Shown here: positions 36,321 through 48,775 of the stretch, piece by piece
Layout: every line of letters begins with the position of its first letter
Numbering within the stretch: the first letter of the stretch is position 1
NCBI GenBank assembly: GCA_030265395.1
Contig: JARFYF010000104.1
Span: forward strand, 78,226,436-78,290,435
Length of the DNA stretch: 64,000 bases
Direction of reading: 5' to 3'
Source: Rhina ancylostomus
Lineage: Eukaryota
Made by a program: the position numbers and the translations under genes
The notes under the pieces: generated by a model
Told to the model about the DNA's origin: nothing
What the model saw: only the letters and a program-made list of their open reading frames with translations
Databases searched by the model: none

Positions 36321-38176
36321 TGTTGTTTTGTTTTCTGCTCAAAATGACAAAGCAACAAATACATAGTATCAGAAATCCTAGTGAATGAATCATGGCAGAG
36401 ATTTACTTTCACCTTGGATGTGTAGAGAAAAGTTATATGCTTACAGGATTAAGTCAAAGGTTATTTTTTAGTGATTTACTTCTCAACCCAAAAAGGTATA
36501 GCTTAAGCTGGGACATAGTTTTCAATAGGTTGAAACAGTAGTTTTTGTATCTATATAACACTCCAATTACGTGTTGCATGTAGCCCAAGAATTTTGAGGC
36601 CATTTGTGGCTCTCCACCCATCTCCCTGCTTACATCCAATCAGAACTTTGAATTAGAAAAGACTGATTGAGTAGCTTTTGGAGTCTGTGCTACCCATTAA
36701 CGTGAGCAGTGTATTTATTCACTGAACCATATGTGAGCTCATAAAGCCATTCTGAATAATAGCCATTTTATGGAGATCACTTTTGAAATATGGGGCTAAT
36801 GTCCATTTTCAGTCTGCTGGCATTGATTTTTAAATTGTGATTTGGAACTCAACAGAATCTTCATCATTTACCCAGTTTGTGTTTTAAAATGTGAAAATTA
36901 AGTTTACTTAACTGAAAATTAAATATGTTTTTCTGGAAGTAAGAATCATCAGCATCTTATTTTGGCCACAAGTTCTAATAACCATCACTTTTTCTGCATG
37001 AAATGTTCAGCATATGACTGTTCTTGATATAAAAGCATAAACATTTTTTTGCTCTGTGTGCATTATGTTTATGTCTGTTTTAATAAAGACTTTTAATGAA
37101 GCAAATCTGAATGAAAATGACCAGAAAGACTACAGCACATTAGCTACAACATTATATCTATCAGCTTCCCTGCTGATTTCAGATTACCCTGTAAGGTTTC
37201 TGTATTTACAATGTAGATGATTTATGCAAATAACTATGTGTACAAATGGTGGGGTGATTTGATTTATAAAGAGAAGTGCAATGGATTTCATGATGCTTCA
37301 GGAGAACTCTGTTGACCTTCCAACTATGACACTGTACGAGGAAACTTTCATTATCCAAATTCATTTAACCTCAATTTTTCTACAACGGACCTATCACAAA
37401 CTAGCTCAGTGACTATCTGGAACAGAAAATCTATTTATATTCCGCTGTAGCCTTGCAGAAGACACAGCCACAGCCTGGCACCATAATACATTCAAAAGAT
37501 TCGTTTGGTCAACATGACTAAACCAATGAAATCCACTTTGTCACTAGTAAAAATCTGTTTACCTAATTCCACTGATAATGAAGAAGTATTCGCTATGCAA
37601 AAAGACAAACATTAATCATATCATATGACTATAAACTGAAGTACTCATGCAGATAACACATGACCTTAACATAGCCTTTAGGCTGATTTGATGGCAAACA
37701 CACAAACATGACAGAATATGTTGATTCTGTAAGTGCTACACCTCCCAAAGATAAGCCATAAAGTTACACCAGGCAACTGTTTGGATAAGAGGTCGCATGC
37801 TCATCACTCATCTAGTCTTCATCTCATGAACAGTAAGCACATTTAAATTAAATGGCCAACTAAAGACAGCTGTTTTATTTCATCCTTTCCGTTTTAAAGG
37901 TCTGAATAAAAGGAAACCCAGGACGTCTATTTTAAAAAAGGAAGCTCATTCTTACTGCATGATTGACAAATATATTTTGGCACCTAATCGGGTGGCTGTA
38001 GGTAAACTCCATCAGAAATCAGTCCATGAAGAAAACACATGATTTTGTTTCTTCTTAAAAATCACCTATTGCTATTTTACTAAAATCCTGTTAGCCAATG
38101 TACCTGACTGAGAAGACAAACCTGTTCTGAGAAACGGATTTTATTAGTAAAATGGGACTGGACCTATCATTACAGC

Positions 38177-38445
38177 CTATTACAGCACCAGTGACCCGGG
38201 TTCAATTCCGGCCACTATCTGTAAGGAGTTTGTACGTTCTCCCCGTTGGTCTGCGTGGGTTTCCTCCGGGTGCTCCGGTTTCCTCCCACATTCCAAAGAC
38301 ATACGGGTTAGGAAATTGTGGGCATGCTATGTTGGCGCCGGAAGTGTGGCGACACTTCCCGGCAGCTGCCAGAACACTCTACGCAAAAGATGCATTTCAC
38401 TGTGTGTTTCGATGTACCTGTGACTAATAAAGATATCTTATCTTA
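38177..38445 (+). mobile_element. Young V-SINE with a Rex-like tail, slightly 5'-truncated
   Basis: GACCCGGGTTCAATTCC B box, V-domain, and end GTGACTAATAAAGATATCTTATCTT; sister copy of 5703-5998. Confidence 0.92.
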
Positions 38446-38577
38446 ATTATTGAACCATATGTCTGAATGAAAAGTAAATGTACTCAGAAAATTTGTATGA
38501 ATATGAGGTAGTGGCTCTCAAACATCTAGAAGCCAAATACAGTATATGTGTTACTGAAGGGACTGTATGTTTTCAGT

Positions 38578-39780
38578 CTTTTTTAGTCTATTCATTCCTT
38601 GGAATCTGGACAATTACTGGAAATGCCAGGATTTATAACCCTTCCTGGATTGCACTTGAGAGAGTGATGGTGAGTCATCTTGAACAGCTGCAATCCTTCT
38701 GGTGCTGATGGGGAAGGAGTTCCAGGATTTAGACCCGGTATTGACAAAAATAGCAATGTGTCTCCTGCCATTGTTTTTCTTGATGGTAGAATTTGTGAGT
38801 TTGGGAGATTCTGTCCAAGTAGCTGGAATAATTAACTGCTGTACATTCTGTAAATTACACACACTGCAGCCACTGTGCACCAGTGGTGCAGGGTGTGAAT
38901 ATTCAGGGTGGTCGATTCAAGTGAACAGTGTAGAGCTTTTTGAGTGTTGCTGAAGCTGTATTAATCCAAGAAAAAGGAAAGTATCCATTACACCCTTAAA
39001 TTGTGCCTTGTAGCTAGTGGAAAAGCTTTGGGATGTCAGGAAGTAAGTCACTCATCACAGGATACCCAATCTTTCACTTACTCTTGTAGCTACTGCATTT
39101 ATGTGGCTGGTCTTGTTGAATTTCTGGCAATAGTGACCCCCACTCCCACAATGAGGATGGTTGAGAACTTGGTGGTGGCTTTGCCAATGAGTGCCAAGGA
39201 TAATTAGTTGGGCTCTCTCAAGGGAGATAATTTTTATCTGGCTGTTTCATGGCACACATGGCACACTGATTGTTCTATGCCTGAATGTTGTCTAGGTCTT
39301 GCTGCATGTGTGTACTGCTTCCTTTACTGAGGAGCTGGGAATGGATTTGTGTAATTATCTGCAAATATCCTCAGATGTGATGGAAGGAAGGTCATTGATG
39401 ATTGGGCCAAGGATACCTTCCGAAGGAATATCTGAGTACAGTTCTGGGGCTGTAATGATTGATCTGTAACAACTACAGCACACAGTGGAATATTTTCTCC
39501 TTGATGCCTACTAAATTCAGTTTTACCAGGGCCCCTTGATGTGACACTGAGTCAATTGTTTTTCATGGGCAGTCACTCAGCTCACTTCTGAAGTGCAGCT
39601 CTTTAGTCCTGGAATGATGTGTTCCAGAGCCAAGGTGTGCTGATGCAACTCACGATCTGGTGAGTAAGTATTGCTTGATAGTACTGTTGATGACACCTTC
39701 CGTCACTTTGGTAATGACTGAGTAGACTAAGTGGGTGATAATTAGCTAGATTGGATTTGTCCTGCATGTTGTGAGCAGGC
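38578..39780 (-). mobile_element. Old CR1/L2-group LINE 3' half
   Basis: Reverse tail TTGAGAGAGTGATGGTGAGTCATCTTGAACAGCTGCAATCC...GGAGTTCCAGGATTT and RT region GGAAGGTCATTGATG...TTGGGCCAAGGATACCTTCC ([15 protein letters not shown]-like). Confidence 0.8.
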
Positions 39781-40321
39781 CCTAATGATTCTCAAGCCAC
39801 AATAACAACTTGTCTGTGTTGCAGATGTTTATTGACCAAAAACAAAAACAAGATCAGAAAATGTTGTTTTGACATATGTCAAAACTAGATTAATCAGGTA
39901 AAATTCACAATAAACCTAATACTGATGGCCTTGTTTTCTGTTACACAGCCTCACATTTTATTGAGCGTACTTTATGAGTCCCTGGAGACCTGCTTGGTGT
40001 GCTAAAGGAAAAGTCCATGATTCAAAGCTTTTCATCAACCCAGTGTTCTCATTAACAAGTTCCTCAGGATGTCCAGTGACTTAGGTTCCACTGCCCATTA
40101 AGTGTTGCTGTGTCATTTTAAATTTTGTAGAATTCAATATTTTTAACAATTGTATGATAATTACACAAACATTCACTTGGATTTAGGATCAGATTAAATA
40201 CTATTTGGACTGGANNNNNNNNNNGAAAAGCAGAACTTTTATGCTTGTGTAATAATTTCAAAAACAGATCCCATTCTATTTAATTATTCATGTGGGTTGC
40301 AGTTAAGGCCATCACTTGTAA

Positions 40322-41180
40322 CCATAGAAACATAGAAACAAAGAACATAGGAGCAGGTGTAGTCCATTTGGCCTTTTGATCTTTCTCTGCCATTCAGTAC
40401 AATCATGGTTGATCACCTATCTCAATACCACCTTCCCACACTCCTTATACTCCTTGAAAACTAGAAATTTACTCTTTTGCAGCTAGAATTGCATCTGTAT
40501 CTTTCTTTGAAATATTAATCAACTTGGCCTCTGTAGCCCTCTGTAGTAATGTATTCCATTGGTTCGTGACCGCCAGAATGAAGACATTTCTCCTTGCCTC
40601 AGTCCTAAAGCTCTTGTCATGTAACCTGAAACCATGGCCCCTCATTCTAAACACCCGGCCAGGGGAAATATCCTCCCCACATCCAGTCTGACTAATCCCG
40701 TCAGAATTTTCTGAGTTTCAATTTGATTCCTTTTCATTCCTTTAAGCTCCAGTGAATACAAATCTAATTGACCTAATATCTCCTCCTTCGGCAGTCCCAC
40801 TACCCCAGGAATCATTCCGGTGAACCTTTATTGCACTCTTTCTCAGGTAATTATAGCTTTTCTTACGTAAGGAAAGCAAAAACTGTGCCCAATACTCCAA
40901 GTGTGGTCTTACTGCATAATTGCAACAAGACATCCTTGCTCCTGTACTCAAATTCTCTTGCTATATAAAACAATGCACAATTGGCTTTTTAACTACTCAC
41001 TGCACCTGTGCATTTGCTTTCAGTGACTTGTGTTCAAGGACACCCAAGTCTCTTTTTATATCAGGAGTTCCCATTTTAACACCATGTAGATGATGTGCTG
41101 CCTTTCCATTTCTCCTGCCAAGGTGGATAGCACATTATCTATGTTAATCTGTATCTACATATTTTTGTCTAGTTGCTCAA
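40322..41180 (-). mobile_element. CR1 LINE 3' part
   Basis: (CATAGAAA)n tail; ORFs RMRGHGFRLHDKSFRTEARRNVF...WNTL and VRPHLEYWAQF. Confidence 0.92.
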
Positions 41181-41212
41181 TCTTAGTCATATTTATATTT
41201 GTATTTCATTTT

Positions 41213-41525
41213 GACATAGAAGGAAATTATTCAGCCCATTGAGTCTATGCCAGTGCTCAGAGCAATCCCATCGAGCCCCTTCCTCCACTTATTCCCCTAT
41301 AACCTGTTCTCTCTGTAACCAGTAACATCCATCTGATTCTTGGTGATGCATCTACACCAGGAATAGTTTAAAGCAGGCAATTACCAGCACAACTTTGGGA
41401 CATGGGAGGAAATTGAAGAATCTGGAGGAAACCCATGCAGTTACAGGGAGAACATACAAATTCCACAAAGGTGTGGATTGAACCTGGGTTGCTGGAACAT
41501 CTCTAGCTGCTGCACTGCTACTCCA
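41213..41525 (-). mobile_element. V-SINE/HE1-type SINE with a CR1-derived tail
   Basis: TTCAGCCCATTGAGTCTATGCC tail; V-domain GGAGGAAACCCATGCAGTTACAGGGAGAACATACAAA; GGATTGAACCTGGGT. Confidence 0.8.
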
Positions 41526-41559
41526 ACTTTGAACCTTCATACAATTCATAATCCACCCA

Positions 41560-41790
41560 GTTTAGTGTTGTTGGTGAATCATCCCTAATTGGTTTTGAAC
41601 TGAGTGACTTGCCGAGTTGTTTAGATGGCTGATCAAAATTGAACCCCATTGCTGAGAGTCTGGAGTTACACATAGTCCAGACCAGGTAAAGACCAGATTT
41701 TCTTCCCCAAAGGATATTAATGAACCAGATGGGCTTTTATGACAGCCCGGTAATTTCACAGTCACTATTAATGATACCAACATTCAATGT
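41560..41790 (-). mobile_element. SINE sharing the tail of the old CR1/L2-group LINE
   Basis: CATCCCTAATTG..TTGAACTGAGTGACTTG...GTCTGGAGTTACACATAGTCCAGACCAGGTAAAG...ATGAACCAGATGGG. Confidence 0.75.
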
Positions 41791-42212
41791 TCTTCTATAT
41801 GACAAAAGGTAATTATTCAGATACATGCAAACTCTCCCTGTCCCCACTCCCTGTGGACTAACAGAGGCTAATGGCTGAATTTTAATTTCCTGAGTTGCTC
41901 AGAATTGGGCGGGAGCACAATGGTGATGAACTCGAGCAGGCGACAGACCTGAAACATCCTGCTGTACATTTGGCAAGGACCCTTCTTTAATGCAGCCATG
42001 CTTTTAGCATATTACATCTGGCTTTCCTGGCCAATTAATCTGACCAAGCAGATAACAATGCACACAACTCAATTTCTGGTTCAGTGCTTAAAGATACATT
42101 ACAAGCAGATAATTTGATGGGCTTGAGACTTCCTGACCTAGTCTACGAAAGATACAATATAATTCCTTGTTGCTAAAAACCTTATACATGAGTACATATT
42201 CTGCCATAAATG

Positions 42213-42330
42213 TCAGTCCTTGCGCAGTGGTATCACTTTGGTCTCTAAGTCAGAGGTTATATGTTTAACTCTCACACCAGAGATTTCAGAACATTATCTG
42301 GGCTGGCAATTCAATATTCAGGGAATGCAG
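42213..42330 (+). mobile_element. SacSINE1/Deu-type SINE head
   Basis: CAGTGGTATCACTTTGGTCTCTAAGTCAGAGGTTATATGTTTAACTCTCACACCAGAGA..TCTGGGCTG. Confidence 0.6.
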
Positions 42331-42609
42331 CTTAGAAAACTGGCTGAGTGAAGGAACAGGGAACATGGGCAGATGTAAGTTGATTGTTATGTGACTGGTG
42401 GTTTTCCGCAAAGGTCTTCGTTGGGGCCAGGAATATTCATGTTGCAAATAAACTGGAACTAAGATGCTGGATTTTCCCAAAGAAAGCAGAAAAAGCAAGC
42501 TGCACATTTTGGTTGATCTAAATGTTAATGATTTCAAATTCATTCACCCACCCATAACAAGGAAAGACACTGAAATTAACAATATGTTATTAATAATACA
42601 CATTTAATA

Positions 42610-43108
42610 TAGTTGTGGTTGTCAGAGGTTAATCATCCTGAATCACAGAACATCACCCGAGGAGTTCCTCTGAGCAGAGTCCAAGGCCCAACCATCTTCA
42701 GCGGTTTCAACAATGACCTTCCTTTCATTGGAAGGTCAGAAATGAAGATGTTTGCTGATGATTGCACAATGTTCAATTCCAATCAAACCTCCTAAGCAAA
42801 TCGAATGGACAAAATGTGGCTGTGGGCTGATAAGTGGAAAGCAACATTTGTATCACAGAGTGCTAGGAATGACCAACAGGAAGAAGAGGAGCAGCAGGTG
42901 CATGGCAACACTACAACTGCAGATTCCCCTCCTGGTCATACATAATCCTTACTTGGAAATATAGCACCAATCTGGGTCAAAATCCTGGAATTCCCTTCCC
43001 AACACCAACTTAGACTACCCTGAAAGACTACAGCAGTTGAAGAAGGTCGCTCACTACTAAATTTAAAGGTAGGTAATAAATACTGGCCTTGCCATTGATG
43101 TCCAGAGC
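42610..43108 (+). mobile_element. Old CR1/L2-group LINE RT fragment and tail
   Basis: ORF SQNITRGVPLSRVQGPTIFSGFNNDLPFIGRSEMKMFADDCTMF; tail CTGGGTCAAAATCCTGGAATTCCC...AATAAATACTGGCCTTGCC. Confidence 0.88.
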
Positions 43109-43109
43109 T

Positions 43110-43640
43110 CAAAAGTGAATTATCCAAGAACATTTCACACAAAGCCATATATGGAGATAATAGGGAAATTGACCAAAAGTTTGGCCAAAGAGGTTTCTCG
43201 ACATTGTCTTAAAGTTTTTTAAATATTGGAAGAGGTAGAGTGACAGAGAAGTTTGGAGAGTTGCTGGGGCTGAGAGTAGGTTAAGGGCCAAGGCAAGTAC
43301 AGACATGGACACCTCCAGTGGAGCACTGGAAGGTGTGGAAGTGCAAGAGGCATGAAATGGAGGAACATTTGTATCTTGGAGGCTTGCAAAGTTATTGGAG
43401 GTTACACAGGAAGGGGCATGGGAGGATCTCAAAACAAGGAAGTGAACTTTAAGATTGAGCATTGTTCATCTGGTGTAGTTTAAACAGAACTGGGCAGTGA
43501 TGAGATAGAGAGTGCCTGCCCTATTTTGAATCTTATGGAGCGTTAAAAATAGAAGGTTCACAAGGAACGTGCAGGAATAGCTGAGCATAGCAGTAACAGG
43601 AGCAGATGAGCTGAGGCAAGGGTGAAGCCAGACATCATGA
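43110..43640 (-). mobile_element. L2 LINE 3' part
   Basis: Reverse complement of the L2 3' end (GACCAAAAGTTTGGCCAAAGAGGT...GGAGGTTACACAG...GATCTCAAAACAAGGA). Confidence 0.8.
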
Positions 43641-44811
43641 TGCTGGGGATTACATTATAAAAACATACATCAGTTAAGGTTCTTTAACTGCCATTCAGAC
43701 CTAGGGGAAGGTGTCACTGTTCAAGGCCTTGAAGCTTGATTTTGAATACCGAAGTCATGAATTTGTTTCTTCTCCTGAGCAGTAAAAAAGGAAATGGCAA
43801 TAAATGGAACAACAAATTATTCAAGAATTAATTCAATAACATTATGCTAGAAGTGCATGGATAAATCATATCTGCTTAAACGAGTGAGAAGATGAGGAGC
43901 TGTGTAACTTGTCAAGAGATCAGACATAATATTACAATAGCACAAAATATTGAATGCAATACCTCCCTTTTGATATATGAGTAATGAAAACAGTCTGCTT
44001 CAATTGTGCTTCTGGCTCAAAATTACCTTCATAAAGTTGCAAAGGAAGTGAATTTATAAACACCTTTGATACCTCGGCTACAATGTATCTTTATGAGGGC
44101 TTTGATGGTTTGATGTTCTGCATTAGACATTACTATTTTGGCACAATTTTCTGAATAGAATCCTTTTATTAACAGTTAGTTTTCATTACAACGCTGTATT
44201 TGGAGCCTTTCATCATTTAGATAAACATACTAGCAAGCTCTCTTAGCATGACAATTAGAGCATCTTTTGTTTACCATAAAATGTGCTACCAAAACATAAT
44301 CCTGCTGAGTTTTTCGTATTTGTATTGAATAAACACAGAATGAGATATGACAATGATTTCAGATGGTACAGTGTACTAAACGCTGACTGTTTCTTAAACA
44401 TATGCTGCCAAACATCATGTAGGAGCTGAGAAGATTGGTGCTCAGCGAATGGATTCGGCCCCTGGTTTATGCACTGCACTCCCATCTTCTTTCTCCTGTT
44501 AATAGTCTGATGTTTATAGTACAGTGTCTTGACTGTTTAACACTGAGCAGGAAATCAGGTTGGCTGAATTTGGGAATACAGTTTAAGATTCTACATAATT
44601 CTCAACTTTCCCACTGAAAAATCAATGTGTGAGGTATTGATCTTCTGCTGAGTGCAAATGAAAACTCTGCCACAGAATTTTTAAAATTTTGTTTCAGTAA
44701 GTAACCAGATAACTCAGAATGTAATATTTTGAACAATCCCCGTTGAGATTTTTAACTTTATACTTGTCAACTTAACATTTTAAAAAAGGTTAGAACATAT
44801 ATAACAGGGTG

Positions 44812-45110
44812 CAAAGGAATGATCAGAGGGACCTTGGGGGTCAAATCCATAGTTTTCTGAAAGCGGTGGTAGATAAAGGCGGCACAAGGCATGCTTACCT
44901 TCATAGCTCAGGGCATAGGATATAAAAGTTGGGACATCATGTCACAAATTAAACATATTTGGAATAATGTTTGCAGTTCTGGTCACCCCACTTTCAGAAG
45001 GATGTGGTTTTGCTGCAGAGAGGACAGAGGAGATTAACTAGAGTATTCCCTGTAGTGGAGGACTTCAGTTATGGGGGGCTGGCTGATGGGTGATGTAATA
45101 GAGGAATATA
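44812..45110 (+). mobile_element. CR1 LINE fragment
   Basis: CAGAGGGACCTTGGGGG (QRDLG)...CAGTTCTGGTCACCCCAC (QFWSPH)...CAGAGGAGATTAACTAG. Confidence 0.85.
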
Positions 45111-45111
45111 A

Positions 45112-45340
45112 TCAGAATCAGAGAATCAGAATCAATTTTATTGTCACTTCCATGCACACTTACAGCATGCATGGGAGCGAAATACCGTACTCCACAGATC
45201 AAGGTGCTGGTTACATTAAAGGCAATAAGAGACACAAAGACAGAAAGACATTAATGACATTGGAAACCACATTAAAAAGAGACTTGAATAAAAAACAACT
45301 TAAAATGAACGTACTGATGCCACAGTCATCGGACTCATAA
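45112..45340 (-). mobile_element. Non-LTR element 3' end with an (ATTCTG)n tail, Rex-like
   Basis: AATCAGAATCAG..AATCAGAATCAATTTTATTGTCAC is the reverse tail signature. Confidence 0.55.
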
Positions 45341-45577
45341 AGTGCTGGTGCATTTTTGTATGCCTAGCATCCTTTGGTGTTGGAGGGAGGGATGGAGGGA
45401 TGGGGAGCAGCATTAAATAGTTTATTTATTTCCCATTAAACCAACTAAAAAGACTTAAGTGTCACTGTTTTTCAAGACCTTTGTTTAAAAGACAGTCTCC
45501 AAATGTGTTCTCCACCCTTTGTTGAAGAGAACAAAACCATCATTAAACAACAAATTAAATTAAATTAAACCCTTCAT

Positions 45578-46210
45578 GAAACATAGAACAGTATGGCACA
45601 GGAACAGGCCCTATGGCCCACAATGTATGTGCACCTCTCACCTTAAAAGTATGCCCTCTACATTTCTACCCTGGGAAAAGAATTCTGACTATCTACCCTA
45701 CTCTGCCTCTCATAATTTTATAAACTTCTGTCAGGTCTCCCCTCAGCCTCCACTGCTCCAGAGAAAACAACCCAAGTTTGTCCAACCTCTCCTTATAGCA
45801 CATACTCTATAATACAGGCAGCATCCTGGTAAACCTCTTCTGTACCCTTTCCAAAGCCTCCATATCTTTCCTGTTATGTGATGAACAGAATTGCACACAA
45901 TACTCCAAGTGCATCCTAACCAAAGTTTATATAGTTGTAACATGACTTCTTGGATCTTATAGTCAATGCCCTGACCAATGATGGCCAGCATACCATATGC
46001 CTTCTTTACCACCCTATCTACTTCAGTGGCCACTTTTAGTGAGCTATGGACTTGGACCCCAAGGCACCTTTGTGCATCAATGCTGTTAAGGGTCCTGTAT
46101 TTAACTGCCATTTCTCCACCCATATCTGTAACTAATCTACATCCTGCCGTATCCTTTAACAACCTACTTCACTGTCAACTACTTCACCAATCTTTGTGTT
46201 GTCTTTGTTC
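45578..46210 (-). mobile_element. CR1 LINE 3' part
   Basis: ORF QRCLGVQVHSSLKVATEVDRVVKKAYGMLAIIGQGIDYKIQEVMLQLYK. Confidence 0.93.
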
Positions 46211-46634
46211 TTTATGACAAAGATTTTTTGGTGACTATATGTTAACCAGGGGAAGCATCCGTCACCCAGACACGCTGAACATTTAGAAGTTTAAATATGT
46301 GATGCACATTAGAAAGCCACGTATTGTCTAAGGGCCACATGCAGCCTGCAGAATGAGAACCTTATCTGGATTCCACTGTGAAACATAACTTACAGGGTAT
46401 ATTGGTACTATTCACACCAAAGCTTCATTTTATTTGATCTCTCAAGGAGTTCTGGAATTCAGCAATACAAGTTGCAATGTAATTACAATATGCATTATAA
46501 TTTGATTAATTTTATTTTTTATTTAAAATTTGTCAAATTGGTAGAACAGTAAAATCAATAATGCAATGCTGATAGAGCTAAATCTAGGTTGTTAGCGAGT
46601 CTCCATAACATCAGGGCTTTAAAAATAAATTCAG

Positions 46635-47360
46635 AGAGTCATACAGCAATAGAAAGAGGTCCTTTGGCCTACTGCAACTGTGCCAACCACGATGTCTATC
46701 TACACTAATCCAACTTGCCTGCATTAACTCCATATCCCTCTATGCCCTGCTCATTCAATGCCCCTTAAATGGGATTNNNNNNNNNNTTAGTTTAAATTGG
46801 CATCATGGTCAGCTCAAACTTCGTGGGACAAAGGGCCTGTTCCTGTGCAAAACCAATCTATTTTCCAACATCCTTGTGAATCTTTTCTGCTCCTTCTCTG
46901 GCTCAAGCACATCTTTCCTGTAGTGTGGTGATCAGAACTGTATGCAATACTCCAGGTGCGGCCTAACCAAATTTTCGTACAAGTGTAACGTGACGTTCCA
47001 ACTCTTGTAGTCAATACGTCAGCTGATGAAAACAAGCACACCATACGTCTTCCTCACTATCCTGTCCACCTGTGTTGCCACTTTCAAGGAACTATGTACA
47101 TACCCCAAGGTCTCTCTGTTCAACAACATTCCCCAGTGCCTTGCCATTCACTGTGTATGTTCTGCCCTGGTTTAACTTCATAAAATACATCACATCACAC
47201 TTGTGCAAGTTAAATTCTATCTGCCATTTCTTTGTCCACTTTCCCAGTTGATCAACATCCTGTTGTAACCTTAGACAGTTTTCTTCACTTTCCACCACAT
47301 CACCAATTTTGGTGTCATCTGCAAACTTACCAATCATGCCACCTAAATTCTCATCCAAAC
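46635..47360 (-). mobile_element. CR1 LINE fragments, with a short + strand CR1 tail at about 46788-46850
   Basis: [60 protein letters not shown]...EQRDLGV. Confidence 0.93.
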
Positions 47361-47510
47361 CTGTAACATTATATTCTGCGTTCATTTTTTTTCCTTTTAT
47401 ACTACCTCGATATACTCATGTATGGAATGATCTGTCTGGATGCTATGCAAACAAAAGTGTTTCCACTGTATCTTGGTACATATGACAATAATATACCAAT
47501 TACCAATTAA
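47361..47510 (+). mobile_element. Rex-type LINE 3' tail
   Basis: GCAAACAAAAGTGTTTCCACTGTATCTTGGTACATATGACAATAATATACCAATTACCAATT. Confidence 0.85.
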
Positions 47511-48547
47511 AAGTAATTTAAGTACAAATGCTTTGAGCCAAAAGCCGGATTTTGGAGCTTAATTTCTGTGTTTGACCTCAAAACACATTTAGGAATTACT
47601 CTCAAGGTTTGCAACAAATTGCAAGAATCTTATCAACAAAGTAAAGCAAGTTTTAAAATTTCTAGTATTACCAGCAAGATCATTTCTATTTCCATTATTA
47701 TTTTATGGTTAAGTGGTCAATGAAAACCAGAAGTGGATGCTTGCTATTGTTCCAAATACCATTTTCTACAAGGACAACAGAACAGTACATCACTAAACAC
47801 CTGCCAGTTGTCCAGTTACTCTCCAGGCACAGAACAGCAGACCAGCTAGCTCAATGTTGCATCTGGTATATTAGCTGATTTATAGAACAGATGAGGAAGT
47901 ATAACTAACTGACTTGCAGAAGAGGTTTCCTGACATAGAACTATGCCAGCACAAACAATGACATCTCATTAATGCTGCTATTACGTATAGAGTTTCTTTA
48001 AAAACAGATAGTTGCATAACTTGAGGGAAAATCAACTTTGAATGTTCTTGTGTACCCATGAATTAAATGTGATTTAACTATTCACATTTACAATTAAACT
48101 AAGCTGGAAGGAATTTGTTAATCTTTAGGAAAATAAATAGTTGTTAGCAGTGCTGTGTCATTCACATCACTCTCGCCTGGGTGTTCAAACAGGACGAAGT
48201 TCTCAGAGGACAAAATGACATGAACTAAGGTGAATGATATTCAAAGCAAGACGTAGCACATAATTCCATATGATCACTCATTTGTCTTATTCTGACCTGC
48301 TATGTAATTAAGGCAGCCAGCCCTTTGTGCACAGGTAGGGTTTGGTCATCATGCAAAATTGAACATTAACTCTAGCTATATCTTTATGCGCTGAATGGAT
48401 ATGAGAATAAGGAAATTCTGTAGAGGATTGGACATTAGGGTCATAGAGCTGTACAGCATTGAAACTGACCCTTCAGCCCACTGCATCAATGCTGACCATC
48501 ATACGTATCCGGCATTAATTCCATACCCCTCTATGCTCTACTCATTC

Positions 48548-48650
48548 ACATCCTGATGAAGGTTCTCGACCCAAAATGTTGACTGTTTATTTCTCTCCAT
48601 GGTTGCTGCCTGACCTCTCCAGTTCCTCCAAGATGTTATGCGTGTTGTTC
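48548..48650 (+). mobile_element. Penelope-like terminal repeat with the best-preserved hammerhead motif in the window
   Basis: TC-CTGATGA-A-GGT-TCTCG-ACC-C-AAAA-TGTT-GACTGT, followed by GCTGCCTGACC..CAGTTCCTCCA. Confidence 0.85.
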
Positions 48651-48683
48651 ATTCACGCATTTGTCCACATGCCTCTTAAATGT

Positions 48684-48775
48684 TGACACAAGAGACTGCA
48701 GATGCTGGAATCTGAAGCAACAAACGATCTGCTGGAGGAACTCAGCAGGTTGAGCTACTTGACCTGCTGAGTTAC
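48684..48775. mobile_element. Inverted Penelope-like repeat (fold-back)
   Basis: AACTCAGCAGGT (48739-48750) / ACCTGCTGAGTT (48762-48773). Confidence 0.85.

Noticed and set aside
37165-37196. TGCTGATTTCAG|ATTACCCT|GTAAGG, an 8-nt microexon-like pattern
   Set aside because: It is not a multiple of 3 and has a weak pyrimidine tract; such patterns are expected by chance in 64 kb.
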